Assembly (NCBI GenBank): GCA_973895155.1
Contig: OZ316893.1
Span: 432,760 to 496,759, forward strand
From: Marsupella aquatica
Taxonomy: Eukaryota > Plantae > Marchantiophyta
Reading direction: 5' to 3'
DNA length: 64,000 nt
Shown: one piece after another, positions 37,301 to 52,200 of the stretch
How the letters are laid out: each line of letters starts with the position of its first letter
Numbering within the stretch: the first letter of the stretch is position 1
Program-made: the position numbers and the translations under genes
Notes under the pieces: generated by a model
What the model was told of the DNA's origin: nothing
The model's input: the letters and a program-made list of their open reading frames with translations, nothing else
Database searches by the model: none

Positions 37301-39050
37301 AGACCAACACCTTACAGGATACAGAATCATATTTAACAAAAAGAGGAATTCCGAAGGAGAAATTGTGAGGTATAAAGCTCGACTCGTTGCAAAAGGTTAT
37401 ACTCAAATCTATGGCACAGATTATGACCTAACATATTCTCCAGTCATGGATGTAACTACTTACCAATACTTGATAGCATTTGCAATCCAGCACAAACTTC
37501 TCATGCATCAACTTGATGTGGTGACCGCTTACCTTTACGGTCAACTTGACACTGTGATATATATGGAAGTTCCACCAGAGCTTATAGAGCGTGTCAATTT
37601 CCATGCAAATTCAAATCATGATGCAGATATGCATAGTAGCAAACATGCAAATGAATTTGACTACGTAAATAAGCTGGTACTTCACAATGCTTCTAAAGCA
37701 ATTGCATTCCAGGAAACTCCTGGAAAATACAGTACAAAGACCAAAGCAACCGATAGAAAAACTCGGTTTGCTATTCAGGTTCTTCGTTCACTTTACGGCC
37801 TAAAACAAAGTGGACGTACCTGGTACCAACGTTTTAAAACAGAGATGATATCCATGGGATACAAACATTCAGAGATTGCACCTTGTCTATTCATAAAGAA
37901 TGAAGAGTCTGAATTCATCATAATTGCTATTTATGTTGATGACTTAAACTTGTTTGGTACCCACAAGATGATGCAAGAATCTATACAAACGCTTAAACAC
38001 GTATTTGAAATGAGGGATTTAGGAAGAACTTCCTACTGCATTGGACTTCAGTTTGAACATTTGAAGTCAGGCATTCTCCTGCATCAAGAGACTTACACAC
38101 AAAAGGTGTTAAAACATTTCCGCATGGATTCGTTAAAAGCTGTGAAGTCCCCCATGGATATACGTACCTTGGACATACAGAAAGATATGTTCAGGAAGAG
38201 AGAAGATTTCGAACCTTTACTAGGTTCAGATATGCCATACCTTTCGGCTATCTGTGCTCTAATGTTTCTATCTAATCAAACTCGACCGGACATAGCATTC
38301 GCGGTCAACTTAGTCGCAAGACATAGCGCACAGCCCACTATCAGACACTGGAATGGTATTAAAAGGATATTTCGTTATCTGATTGGTACATCAGACTTTG
38401 GTTTATACTTTCCTTATGATGCAGATTATAATTTAACAGGATATGCTGACGCTGGCTATCTATCCGATCCACAAGATGGTAAATCTCAAACTGGATATAT
38501 TTTCTTGATGGGCCCGACACCAATTTCATGGCGTAGCACCAAACAGACTCTTACTACTACTTCTTCCAATCACTCTGAAATAATTGCTCTCTACGAAGCA
38601 AGTCGTGAGTGTTTATGGTTACGAAAAGTCTTAGATCACATTCTGATCAACACAGGTAAATCAAAGTTAACAGAACCTACTACGTTATTCGAAGATAACA
38701 TGCCCTGCATCACTCAAATAAAAACCGGATTCATCAAAGGCGAATGTACAAAACACATTGCACCTAAGTTCTTTTTCTCACATGAACAACAAGGAAAAGA
38801 AATTGATGTACAATGGATTCCAGGAAATCAGAACTTGGCAGATCTTCTTACAAAGTCACTACCAACATCACTTCATCAATCACTAACTTATTCAATAGGT
38901 ATATACAGCAAGACAAAACTTTTGCAAGATGCACAGATAGAGGCGAACATTCAATTTTCAGGGGGAGCACGAACTCACCTGGAAATCCAAAATCAACAAA
39001 ACGGGACTGGCAGACAGCATCCGCAGCAACAACTTCTCACACAATTTTGA
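34328..39050 (+). pseudogene. Copia gag-pol polyprotein, disrupted
   Basis: Zn knuckle CFRCGTKGHTQKVC; protease IVDSG; integrase WHRRLGH...CLAC and HADVCGP; RT YKARLVAKG, LYGLKQSG and YVDD; RNase H YADA. Stops at 35288, ~35443, 36188 and ~36333, and a frameshift at ~36305. Confidence 0.95.
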
Positions 39051-39927
39051 GCAAGAAAATATGAAACAATGCACTCACCTCCAACATGATCTGACTGATG
39101 GCACAACAACGTATGATGCAGCAATACATTATGCAATAGTTCATGACACAAATCCATGATGACATAGCAACAATCAATGCAGATCTACAACCAACATCTC
39201 CACAAGAATTCATTTGAACTCCACAAAAAGCAAGCGCGAACGGTAGTAGATATTTCTACTTTACACTCCACGAAGACAACAATCGTGAGCAGCAGTAGCG
39301 CGCAGCAGTCACGAGCAATCGCGAACACCCTTTAACATCCCTAAATCTTTTTCAACATTGCAAGAACAGACAGCAAATGATTATGACCTGCTGTCGACTC
39401 CGAGCAGCAATCGATTGCTCACCTCCCGATCTCCGAATAGTCAACCTCAACCTACTATCGACTTCAACCAGCAGTCGACATTTTTAGTCGACGTTTCTAC
39501 CTCTCACATGTCACGATTTTCCTTACACCACTTACTTCCAAAAAGCCACAGGAAACCTAATTTTTATTTACACTATTACTCCCAAACACTCCTTAATGAT
39601 CATCTTACCATTAGACCACGTAAGATAGAATTATTTTGAGTAATCTTGCAGATCGATACTACACACTAGAATACAAACCTTAAACAAAATTACTCTAACC
39701 ATACTTCTAGAACAGTAAAGAGTAGACAAACACAAAGATAGATTACTTTAGAAAGACATAAATTTATTTTGACATTTAAAGGGATGCAGGGTGGCAATAC
39801 TCTTTCCTTCCACAAAAGAAAGTAGGGAAGGTTGTAATGAGGTTGCACCTCCATCACCTAACTTCACATACATTAGTAGAAGATTGGTTGTCACATTTTT
39901 CTTAAAATGATAACACCCAAGGGGGAG

Positions 39928-40068
39928 TGTTATACCCTAATTATGATTGGGTATACTAACTATAGTTAGAACCCATGGTTAACTCCAACCAGAGTTACCA
40001 TATGTATATATATTCTCTCCTTGAAATAGAAGAACATATCATTGTTGGTGTATTTTTAGTTTGTAACA
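39928..40068 (+). repeat. 3' LTR (141 bp)
   Basis: Preceded by the PPT and followed by the TSD. Confidence 0.95.
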
Positions 40069-41303
40069 GTTCATATGACGCAAAAAAGAAGCCCCCTCTC
40101 ATTCAACTGCCAAACTTTCAAACAATGGATAGTATTCGGCAACCAACGCAAATCTCAGGACAGTCCTTTGTCATTAACACCGCGGCCGGACTGATAAATT
40201 TTGAGACTCACAAGTCCTGAAATTCAGATGCCATAAAGAAAAACTTCTTCTATGAGTTGCCTTAACTCACCAGGTAAAGTCTTCGATATCTCTCTTTAGT
40301 CTACTCCCAGTCTTCCTTTCAGAAACCTGCGGAAGTCTTAGAATAAGCTTGACAACTTCCATATTAGCTCACTATTTCCCCTTTCGCAGCTTACCAATCT
40401 CAAGATGGAACTTTAAAAACTGTACCAGGACGTTCGCCTCGATCAGTTTCTATGGTCCAGTTGACTACACACATAATCTCACTAGTAGAAATCGGGGGGT
40501 ATTTAGACCCCATTAAACGACTATTCAGTACCGTATAGGACTTGGAAATGACTGGGAAGGACTCTAGTCCTTTATAGGACTGCGAGTCGTATGTTTTGTT
40601 ACTATAATCAACTGAGTCCTTTATAGAACTGGTTTATAAGTCGTTTAATAGACTGGATTTTCAGTCTATTTTAGTCTTTGTGTGGGTAGCTTTGGTGAGT
40701 CGTTTTCAGTCTTTTATGGGCTGCGATGATGAGTCGTTGGGAACGACTAAAAAGGTTATGGAGGGTAGTCTTTAAATATACTTTGTGGGGTATGTATAAG
40801 TCTTTCATGTCAACTGGATATGAGTGATGAAAACCCCACTATACTACTTGGAATGAACCCACTCTTGTGCACAAATAACATATTGCATTCATGTTTTATT
40901 GTGTACTTGGAATGAACTCACTCTATAAGTTCACCATTCATCATGTTAACATTAGAATACATAGTTTCAGAAAGCCATCTTCTATACCATGTACACTAAT
41001 ATGAATTCACAGATTCAAACTTCATAGACTACAAAGAAGGTCACAAAGTATTCCTCTATACCATACACACTAATACTGAAATGATAAAATAGATTCAAGT
41101 ATCATAGACAATCACCATAGAGCCATAGTTTGACATCAATCACTTGTTTCATACATACAGAATTCAGAAATATCAATGTCACACAACGTCTCCTTCATCC
41201 TCTTTACCAAATGGAAAAATTGGTACAGATATTTCTTGGATCTTTCCAAGGCAATGTCAAAATGTGACACAATTCACATGATTCTATCTACACTTGCATT
41301 CAG

Positions 41304-44300
41304 TCACTGCAGACTAACACACTCTGATGGCCAAAGCACAAGAGATCCTACTGCATCTGCAATTATTTCCTGAGGTGGATCATCGTCTCTATTCGGAAAT
41401 GGCAAATTACAATCAGATACAATCACTGTAGTCAACAACACTACTACATGGTCATCCGGGACCACTTTGCCATGGAATTTTGCATGATCCGGTCGCAAAA
41501 TGCCTGTACCCACACATACCTGCGAGTCATCCTCCCATGATAGAAGATTATGGACTGGCTCTGCTGTGGCTATCACCTCCACCTTACCCTGGCTGTTTTT
41601 CTTGGCTTTCCTGGGTGGCTTATACATGACATTATTCATACCTTGGTTGCGAGTCATGACTTTGGCACGAGTGTTTTGTGCTGGTGATCGAGAATTGGCT
41701 ACACTCTTCTTCAAAGAATCTGCATCCATATTTGACACTTCTGATTGTGTAGCAGGATTTCCCTGCGACATCATCTCAATATCTGCCAACATTGTACTTG
41801 CTTCAATTGAAGCATCTACAATCTTACTTGCATCCAATGTTGCTCCCAAGTTTCGACGTCGCTTCACCCTACTCCCACTTGGTTGAGAGTCTGTCAACTC
41901 TGCATCAACTACAATTCAGTGTCATGTCCAACATAAGTCAATCACTCATCACATGTGCTAAATGTACATGTCACCAACCACAAAGTTGTCACTATCTCCT
42001 TACCATTATGAACAGCCTTCTTCCCCTTCTTTGCCATTGCCATATGCTCCATGTCTGCTTCTGTTGATCAATAAACACACCACAATATTCAGGTTGAATC
42101 TATTAACCACTGAATTGTTGCTCAACATTCATATAGAGGAATTTAAAGCATCAGCTTACCTGATACCTCCTTGGCTATGGTCACTGAGGCACTGGGCACA
42201 TCTTCTTCATTATTGCTCTTTGAATCACCTGATACATCAATCATGATGTCACTTCAGATCCCAGTTCATCCAACCAGTTCTTACAGAAAAGATTACCTCC
42301 AACCGGCTTAAGCTTCACAAAACTCCATGCACTTTTCAAATGTAATGTACTGGATCATAGCAGGTTACCTGTCTCAGCAACCTTCTTGCCCTTCTGCTTA
42401 CTGATTACAGGGTCCTTCTCTGCCTCCACTCTTCCTGCATTCAAACCATTCACTCAATTCATGAAAACTTACTTCTAACATTTGAACATAGGACACAATG
42501 AACAATGGGCCGGTGTCATTTCCATACCTGTGTCAGATTTGCCAATTCCCTTTTTTGTTAACAAGGGCACACTTTGTACAATGTTGCCCTCATTGTTTGG
42601 TTGGGAACCACCCAATTTTTCAATCACAAGCTTGAAATTAGATTCCATTGATACAAGAAGGTTCGCTACAGATGCCTCCACAATATCCAAACGATCAGCC
42701 AATTTACTTTCCACTCGAGGGAGTCCACACTCTAATGACTTCAACCGTTCACACATCTCTGTGAGAGTTGTAACAGTTCCCTGTCATAACACAGCTTACA
42801 TATCTCAGATAACTGTCCCCAAGAACTGGTTGTTTATTTCCTACTATATTTCTTTCTGATGCTCAAGGCCAAATAGTCACAGAACATACATAATTACAAC
42901 ATAATCACCTGTTTGGAAGTCACACTTGTCACCTCACTCCTTTGTTTCATGAACTCCTCTCTCACTTCTTGTGCTGATGGTTCTTCACCTGTCAATTTCT
43001 TCTGCAGTCCACATCAACATACATATGAATGAAACCAAGTGTTGATTGTCAATGAAAATGTAATAATGGTAACAAGATGATAAGTTTGAGGCTTACTATC
43101 AGGCATGTCACTGCCTTACCAATTGTTCTTTCACTGGAGCATAACTTCCTCTCCCAGCCTGTGAAAGGTGTTTCACTTTGCCTCGAGCATTTGACATCAG
43201 TTCACTCTTGCTCTGTCCAGCCTCCGACATGAACCCTTTGATTAACCGTGTCCATTGATCCAGTTCCAATGATGGGGGTGGTGGCATTCTCCTGTTAGAA
43301 CCATTGTCTATCCACATCCTTTTCAACCTATGTCTCTCTTGTTTCAAAATCCTCATTGCATAATCTGATATGCAATCTTCAACTGGGCCCTTACCATCAT
43401 TACCAACATAGTCCCACCGTTCAAGAATGTCCTTGCAGATAGCAGCCCAATCAGCTTTGTTCTGACTCCTAAACTTTGTAATGCTCAAATCTAACCAACG
43501 CAATACTTCTCCTTTTAGGTCAGAATGCCAACGGTTCTTACCATCACATGTGGGAGTTATCCAACCTTCGGAATTCACTTCTACTTTACCAAATTTGTTA
43601 CTATCTCCTGCCTTGGTATTCCCTGAAGCGCTACTAGGTGTCCCTCCACGGCCTGGTGTCCCCCCACGGCCTGGGGTCCCTCCACGGCCTGATCTCCCCC
43701 CACGGCCTGGATTGCATTGTCCAAACCTCCCTGGAGTCCCTGCACATTTACAAGATCCATTTACAGTCACTTACATTAGGTAAGTATGAATCATAAATCC
43801 TGCTGCCAAATATACACTGGACTTCAGAGCAATTCTGCAATGACCAAGTTACCTCTCCCTTGGCGCATAGATGGTTCTGGACCACCTGTCCTATTGCTTT
43901 GTCTTGATGAATTAGGGCCGTTTCTCCCGCCTGTGAATGATTGCCGCCTATCTGAACGTGGATGGCCTTTGTTGTTTTCGTGATTGTCCCAATCAGAGTC
44001 TGCATACCAACAGGTACATGCCACACTCATGGACCTGTAAGATAAACTCTTTGCCCTAGCTACACATCAGATAAGTCCATATTGAGCTAAATCTCTACTA
44101 CCATCACAAAATCACTAGCACAAGGCACTTACTTGTCCAATCATCCTCCTCACCTTTCCATTGCCCTCTGTACCCGTCTCTATCACGCTCTGGGTGTTCA
44201 TATTCATCCCATCCATCTTCTGCTCCATCATAGTCATCATCATAATTATCAGGCGTCCCTTGCCAATAACTCTGGCTCCTTCTAGGGTATGGATTATGTG

Positions 44301-44475
44301 ATTTCTCTCTAGCTGCCCACCTACCTGGGACTTGATGAGGGCCCTGTGCATCCTGCACAGGTGCATTTTTCTGTGAGCCCCCTGCATCTGGGTCTCCATC
44401 CATATCCAATCTTTCCTCTTCACCCCACTCTCCAAGCCCCATGTCTGTCTCCATGTCATCACTCTCTTCCCCCAT
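41304..44475 (-). CDS. CACTA second gene (TnpA/Ptta-like), multi-exon; exon boundaries not resolved
   Basis: ORFs 43108-43770 (KNRWHSDLKGEVLRWLD), 42475-42756 and 41304-41897 (FHGK...LPFPNRDDDPPQ...GSLVLWPS) match paralogous exons of the second element. Confidence 0.65.
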
Positions 44476-44652
44476 AGCTTCTGCACAGCACCCACAACCA
44501 AACAGGGAGAATCAGCACACTAAATTCAAAGTATCAATCAATTTCATGCATATCCAACTATCCTAAACATCATTCCAGGCAGCAATTCCCGTTCTGTGAC
44601 TCTATGCAGGTAGTCATCCTCAACCTCATACTTGCCAATCGCCAGCTGTTGC

Positions 44653-45140
44653 CTATTGCAAATCATCAACCTCATCATATTCCATTTGCCCAGGTTCATC
44701 ATATGTCTCTCTCAATGTTAAGGGGATGTAGTCAGTCCCTGCCCGAGTTGGAAGTACAGTCTCATGACTAGGATGCTCGAATGCAGCATGGTCATCCAAA
44801 CTGAACTCTACTTTACTTCCATCCATCCGCCTGTTCCGTGCTTGGCTATGGCATACCACCCTCCAGCCATGTGACTCCTCCACATCTGCAAAGAAAGCCT
44901 GTTCAACTTGGCTAGGGAAAACAAAAGGCTCAGACCATTCTGGTACTCTGGACCTAAAATTGGCCAACAAGAACCCATCATGATCACGCTTCATGGTGGC
45001 CCTTGGTCTCTGCCACTCTGATTTCACCCATGATCCCTTCATCAATATCACTGGGACACTTGTGTTACCATAATTCAACACCCAAATGTCGGTCAACTCC
45101 CCCACGTAACCCATCTTCATCCACCCCCTCTGTTCTTCAC
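44653..45140 (-). pseudogene. C-terminal fragment of CACTA transposase (DUF4216-like)
   Basis: YVGELTDIW...DGFLLANF...EPFVFPSQVEQAFF...WRVV is closely similar to ORF 59114-59992. Confidence 0.88.
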
Positions 45141-46141
45141 CTCAGTGCTTAAGTGGTGCATCTCTGTCGTTGATGCTTCTGGGTACTTTCTTTCAGCATT
45201 TTCTCATCTCAGAGCTCTCCTCCATCTGAAGACACATCAACTTTAAGTACATACACAGGGACATGGCTCGGGTACCCAAGTGTAGACAAGGCTCAGAATC
45301 GACTAATGAGGGAGCTTTCATATCCGACGAGACACTACTCACACAAATTTGATAAAGGTTTGTATGGTTGTTTATAATCAGCTGCCTGTCTATTGAGAAA
45401 CAATTTCCATCTTTGATAAGAACATCTAGGCAAGCCAGGTGTGTGATCGAGGTTTATGTAAACTAGTCAGGTGGCTGCCCACATAATGACCTTCTCCGGT
45501 TGAAAATGTTGCCTACACACCTCAAACCCACTGACGACGATAACTCTAAATCTATTTGGGAGATACTTTGCCGTGGCCTTTGTTCCGATCATGCAAGCAA
45601 CTGCGCAACTGCCAGCCAGCTTTCAGTTCTATAGCCAGGATGGTTGGCACAGATTTCATACTCTAACACTCGTTCGGTTTTATGACAGATGCCAATCTAG
45701 GAGGCTCCTTCGTAGTTTTCTAGGAGGTATGTCACAGCCAGGACGTGAGCTTCGTACCCCCTTGCTTGTCAAAGTGCCTGACAAACACTCAGTTCAACCT
45801 CCGAAAAGAGGACATACCAAAGGAATCTGTGTCCTGAAAACATGTACCCCAGTGTGATGGTAAAAACCATTGACAATAAGATGAATCTCGTAAAATTAAA
45901 GAACATGTTTCTGAACGGTAGGTTCTGAAGATCTTGGAACACCCAAAAATCCCAGTCTACTGCCCGCTCTGCAGTCACATCACAGACGGTAAATTCTCCG
46001 TGGCAGGCAGACGTCTCTTGGTTGCCCTGGTGTGAACTTAGAGAGACGTATACTCGTCATTTGATTCCATGTACTGCGGAAAAGGATACATCTAGTCGAG
46101 TACAAGCATGCAATAAAGCTTATCTAGTTAAGACTTTTATA

Positions 46142-46269
46142 GAAGTATATGCCCCTTCCATAGCACATGAAATTGTGTTGTACGCACTCGTGCATTACGA
46201 CTTGTAAGCAAGTATATGCTCCTTACATAGCAGATGAAATCAGTGTTGTACGCAATTGTGGATTACGAC
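46142..46269. repeat. Degenerate ~67-bp tandem duplication
   Basis: AAGTATATGC.CCTT.CATAGCA.ATGAAAT...GTGTTGTACGCA...ATTACGAC occurs twice. Confidence 0.7.
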
Positions 46270-48240
46270 ATGAAGTACGCGAAAGGAACGAAGGTGCTTG
46301 TGCAGAGAGTAACCATTATCCTCTAACTGGTCAATACGGTGCTTAGACAGCAGATTCGCCTCCTCGACGGACCATATAGAAAGCATAAAAATACAGTATG
46401 GGACCCTGGATGACTTACCCTAGTGATATAGAGTCGTCCCTCTTGTACAGTCTTTCCCTGTATCATTCACTAGAAGAAAACCACCCATTCTGAGACCCTC
46501 CCCTATGTGACTTGTGCGAGACCTTCATAAATATGCGACTCCAAGTTTGTGGGTGTCATGTTAGTTACATCATACCAACTAAGTTTTGGTGAGGTTGTGG
46601 GAAGTCATGCTTACAACTTTATCCAATGTCGCTATTGTAACACTAGTAAGTAAGAAATAGGTAAGTTATGTTAGTTACTCCACAATAGTGCAATATGAAT
46701 TGGACATCATTTTTTAAAATTCCGTCAGCATGCATACCCCATTAGCCAATTTCGGATGCCAATCCCTAATATGCAACTCCCGGTGCAACTACATATTGCA
46801 CACTCATGGTTCAATAAGTCCAAATATAATGGGTATAAATATGGGGGTTTTCATCAGAATGGTGGGTACTTTCACTTATAATGTGGATTCATACCTGACT
46901 ATATTTGGCCTTGTTCTTGACCAAAGTGCACTCTCCCCACATTGAACTTTTTGCTAAGTCATTTGCATTGGTTCTTTTATGTCCAAACCAACCTGTTTGC
47001 TAAGTCACTCGATGGCTGCCCACATGTGAGGGGTACTACTTTCCCTCAGGGTCAGTGTACCTTGGAGGTTGGTTTTGCGAGAGATTTTGGGGGTACTACT
47101 TGCCCTAAGTGTTCAGGGTCAGTGTGCCGCAGAGGTTGGTTTTGCGAGGGAAATTGGGAGTCGACGACCTTCATTCCAGCTGCACTCTTCGCGAACTTCC
47201 TGCAGGGTCGTTTGAAAGTGTTTGAGCGCGACTGGACTTTAGGGTGCAAATGTGTTTAGGATTGGGCCTGCTACGAGCGTCAGTGTGGAGGTCTGCCAAT
47301 CAGTTTTGAGGGGAGTCCATTGTCGCTTTTCAACCTGCTGGTGAGCTAAGCTGCTATTGAGTTTCAAGTGAGAGCTGCCGACTTGGAGTTGAGCTCTACG
47401 AGGTGGTGCCTGAGTGTACATCTGCTCGACATACTTTTGGGAGCTCGTAGTTGGTAGGAGGGCCAAGTCATTGCACAAAAAGTTGCAGCCGTGACAGTGC
47501 AAACTAGCTAGGCGGAGGCTGGTTACTGCAAGCAAGGCGGAGGATCACTGCGAGCTAGGTGGAGGAATGCTGCGCTGCTTCACATTGTGAAGAGACATGC
47601 TGCATCGGCCCAAGTAAGGTTGCATTGACCTATCTATCTCTATGTCTATAAGGTCCTAACCGATAGTCTGCTTAGTGAGGTCCTGCTTTAAGCTACATTT
47701 GTGCGATTGATTGTGTCCTCAGAAGCTTAACCATCACATGGGGGAACGGTAGCGAGAAAGGAGGGGTGGAGCCTGATGGTCGCCAAATATTCAAACAGGG
47801 TCGCCTTGCTCGATATTGGTCTCATTGTTTTTTGCTACGGTGTGAAGGCGGCGGAGCTTCTAGTCTGACCTTTGAGTGACTTGCGGTGAGCTTCTAGTGT
47901 GGCTATTGAGGTCGACTGACCTGCATTGACCGAGCTGATCAACCTACTGAGCTGCCATTGGGAGTTGGAGGTTGTGTTGCGTTCAATTTTGGAGTCGGGA
48001 GGCTAAATGCGATAGCTCTGTTCCGGGCTCTGTTTAGCTAATGCAGACGTTTCTGCTCAGGAGACGAGGTAAAATCTATCGACCTTCAAGCTGTTGTGAG
48101 GTTCATTGAAGAGGGAGGTTGAATGCCTAGCGCTATGAGGTGAGGAAAGAGAGTATGGCCAAGCTGCATCTTTAGGGGTTTTGCTTCAGCTTTGACCATC
48201 TTTCATCGTCGTAATCGCTGCTCTCGCCTATCGCTACATG

Positions 48241-49286
48241 GCGGATTGCTGCTCTGCCCTTTTGGCATGGGTCGCCGGCCTGCTGGATGCTATCTCCAGT
48301 TTAAAAACAAGTCATATCCTAAGTCCCGGTGTTGCAGTAGTGTCCCCGACTCTAAGATGGAACAGAGTATCATCTTTCTTGTTTCCTGCTGCTGCTGATG
48401 TATGTCTATTCTCCCCTATTTTTGCTTACTGATTGGTCTCTCCACGCTTCTTGCTTGACTTGCTGCTTCCTTCAATCCCCTATCGCGGACTCACCTCGTG
48501 GCTGCAAGTATAGTTGTCTAGGTGATGTATGCATTGCGTGTTTAGGGTCTAGGTGACATCGCTGCTGAGCAAAATTCGCGAGCTGCCTAGGTCCATTGCC
48601 GAATGCTGCTTCCTTCAATCGCCAGGTGCCTGCTGTTACAATTGCCTACTCAATCATGCACCCAATCTCCTGGAGCTCATTCGCCTAGAGCTTCATCCGT
48701 CAGATTCAAACTATTATTGGACCTCCCTGTTGCCCGAAGTGTATACACTCCTAGCATTGTCGTCCCAAACTGCAAAACGCTTCTCCCTGTTCTGTCCTCG
48801 TGCTTCACTATTTGTATTCAGGTGTTTTTATCAGTTTCAGAGGGGAGGTCATTGTTTCTGCAAGTTGTTGGTGAGCTAAGCTTCCGCTGTGTGTAGGTTT
48901 AGGGAGTTGCGCGTGCGAGCTAACGACTTGGACCTGAGGCCACAATCTTTTAGGGAGCTTGGAGTGGAAGCCGACAACTTGGAGCGGGACTTCAACTTGC
49001 TATTACTAGCTACCTTGGACAAAGGTGACAGTCAGTAGCGCAAAGGTGAGACTCGGTAGTTTTAGCGGATTGTTGCTCTGCCCTTTTGCCATGGGTCGCC
49101 GGCCTGCCGGATGCTACTAGCAGATTAAGAACAACTCATATCCTAAGTCCCGGTGTTGCAGTGGTGTCCCCGACCCTAAGATGCCACCCAAAATCATCTT
49201 TCTTGTTTCCTGCTGCTGCTGATCATGTATGTATGTTCTCCCCTATTTTTGCTTACTGATTGGTCTCTCCACATTTCTTGCTTGAC
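48241..49286. repeat. ~220-bp dispersed direct repeat (48241-48459 and 49065-49286)
   Basis: Colinear high similarity from GCGGATTG.TGCTCTGCCCTTTTG to TTCTTGCTTGAC. Confidence 0.85.
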
Positions 49287-52200
49287 ATGACTGTTTTGCT
49301 CCTCCCTGTATCAGAACATGCCTTGTGCCCCGTGCTCTGGCAATGGGGTGGGGGGCTGAACAGACGGCCTTAAGGTCCACTAAATTTATAGGAACCGTGC
49401 AATCGTTCAGCTGATTTTAGCAGCAAGTTCCCTTGCTTTCCCCTATTTTTGCTAAGATCCCTCCCCACTAATCACATGCATCCTTTACTTTTCTCGGTGG
49501 CCCGTGCACCTGCCTTCCTACTTTCGTTCTTATGGACTTTCCTTAGGTTTTCTTTCACCTGATTTTGGACTTTTTGCTCCGGTGGAATCTGTCTTGACAA
49601 CTTGTGTTTGTTCTAATTGTTAATATCTCAAGAGGGTCGTCAACTAAGCTCACAGGAGTCAAAGCTAACTACAAGCTAGCAAATAGGGAGAATGCTCCCA
49701 AGTCGAGTCAGGAGGAAGTTACTAAAACTAGACCTTCAGAACTCTCGAAACTGGAAAGTGAAATTCAGCCTGAGACACGCAGCTGAAGGCCACAAGGATA
49801 ACTATATGGCCACGCTGTCCCTCATTCAAGTCCAAAGTCCTCTTCAGATTGTCTGAACTCCTATCTGAACTCCTGAACTGGATGAAGTCCTGTCTGAATG
49901 TGAAGTTCAGATTGGCAATCTCAAATGGCAAGTTCTGAACTCTTGTCTGAACTTCATCCACCCTTCTAAACTGGGATTTGTGCTACGTGTATAGACTCCA
50001 CATTGTTGCTTCTCCCTTTCGGGCCAGCCCTCCTTGTGAAACGTAGGAGCACGATCATGGCACTTACACATAGTCTGACATTCAAAAAATGTTACTTCTC
50101 AGCAGCATGTTTCGAGTAGTTTGCCTGTGTGTTGAGCCCGGGGTTGAGCCTAATTATTTGTTTATTGCTTTAGTAACATGCATGGCCAATTGGTTTCTCT
50201 TCATGTAAAGGCAAGTTTTTGAAACTTACTACTTGAATTGGTGGTTTGAATTTAGTTAAGTGTTGAGAAATTAGCATTCACACTAACTATTTTTCTTTTG
50301 TGATTGAGTTCTCTTTGCTATTGAATGTATTGAATAATTATTTCATCACAGAAATTTTCAGAACAAACACGGAAGCACCAGGGGGCTGAGGATTGGATAT
50401 TGAGGCTGAAGACATTGAGGTAATAAACTGGGTGTGGTTCGGGTGACAATGTTAGCAACTGGTGCTTCTTCAGGGGAACTTCCCATGTGCAAAATATCCA
50501 CACATGATTGACTTTGGTTCTTGCTGTTTTTCTTTTGGTGTACTCTTCAGTTTGGTGTCACTCTATCCTTTCTTGTAGCCTCGAAATAGGAACACACCTG
50601 CTTAGTGGTCCCCAATTGCCCAATGATTTATAATGACTGTGTCTAGGCGATGTATGCATTGCGTGTTCATTCCAGAAGAATGAATATGTACACTTTGCAC
50701 AAACCTGGACAGATTTTGAATGTTATTTATCTGAGTTTCTGTTTGTGAGCTCTGACTTGGAGCCTTAACATTTGTGTTTTTGTGGGGCTGAGCAGAGTTT
50801 GTTCCGTCCAGAAGCTGCTGTACTGAAGTGATCGGCCTCCGGCTTGGAGGTGAATCTTCAATTTTTTGTGGATCCGAGTGACTTCTGTCCAGCTGAGTTT
50901 TGCTTTGTCGGGACGATTGTGTTTGGCTAAGATGCTAGATTGTGGCTTGTCTTCTTGCTTCCAGCTTGTGTATATTCAATTAATAGAAGTTGGGAACGAG
51001 GTGATAATTGAATTTCCTTATATTAAGCATCTTGACCTAGAAACTCAATACATAAACTCCTGGAGTCCCTCGGGACATAAAATGAGCCAAATTGTTTCAA
51101 AATTGGGAACCTACACCCGCACTACTCAAACAAATGTGTTGGGCTTGGTGGCCTTGTAAGTCGTCTTTAGCTTTCGCGATGGAGGTTGAATCTTGCGGTA
51201 CGTCAAGGGGAACTTGATCTTTGAATCATGGAACTGCTTGGTACTTTCTCGCTTGCACAGAGAGACAGGGACTGTCGTAGTCTTGATGATCTGGATGCAA
51301 GGGAACCGAACTCTATGACAAGAAGCCATCTCATCATACATCTGCTGTGTGGTTGTTTAATGTGGTATCACAATATTTCTTGTACATGTTGGGATAACCT
51401 GTACAACTCTGATACCTCACCCAGATACCAAAGTTCTTAATTGTGGTGGGCTTCTTTTCGAAGATCTGGTAGACACATTATTCAGCATTTGCTAACTTCG
51501 AAACTAGAAGGGTAACACATTAAACAACAGAGAAACTCACAACATCCTCCTTTGGTCCTTCAGAGTCTGTACTTTGATTATGAAGTTTGATTGAGTTTCT
51601 GTTTACTGAAAGAATGTGACTGTGTAAGAGTTCCGTTTGGCAGTGGATTGGTTGAAGCACTTCATGCTAGTGTGTTGTCCACAGCTCTTCAACCAGCTTT
51701 CGTCTTCCTTGTCTTTCACCACTTACGATGACATCAATTCAGCTAAGACCATAGAAGGTTCCAAAGCATCTAACTTGTAAAATCGCATTCTGTTACATCA
51801 AGGACTAAGGTGTTGGGTGCCAAAGGAGACAGCACAACAAACACGCTGAAAAGACTTCAGGACTGGGTTCAACAAGGTAGTGAAGGTGCTTAGAGCCATA
51901 GTAAGTATGCATTCTGTATTTTTCTCTGTTGATGTGAGCTTGTGCATAATGGGAGTTGTAGTTGGCAAGAGTTCCAAATATGAATAGATCCAGAAGTATG
52001 TGATCATGTACTTGCTCTATAAAGTTCTGAAGATATAAGCATTTTCTGTTAGACCAGGCAACTTGGGAGTTGGTAAGTGTCACCTGCATCTGAGGGGCTA
52101 CACCGGGGGCATCAGTGGAGGTTCACTTGCACAACACGACAACCAGTGAATTTTCTCTCTGCTGCAACCTGCAAGGTGAGACTTTCGGTCTTTCTGGATG

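Larger units (their letters stand above)
33956..40068 (+). mobile_element. Full-length Ty1/copia LTR retrotransposon (Bianca-like)
   Basis: TG...CA LTRs at 33956-34094 and 39928-40068. TSD GTTCA at 33951-33955 and 40069-40073. PBS CGTTATCAGCACGA at 34095. PPT AAGGGGGAG at 39919-39927. Domain order gag-PR-IN-RT-RH. Confidence 0.97.
40480..45140 (-). mobile_element. Truncated CACTA (En/Spm) element, 3' part only
   Basis: Terminus CACTAGTAGAAA at 40480, with subterminal AGTCGT/ACGACT-like repeats to ~40800. Minus-strand ORFs are colinear and homologous to those at 59.1-63.9 kb. Similarity ends near 45140. Confidence 0.85.

Noticed and set aside
49355-49373. Second Harbinger-like terminus (CAGACGGCCT-TAA)
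   Set aside because: No matching opposite terminus or transposase found. It remains a caveat that 46.9-49.4 kb may be a nested insertion.
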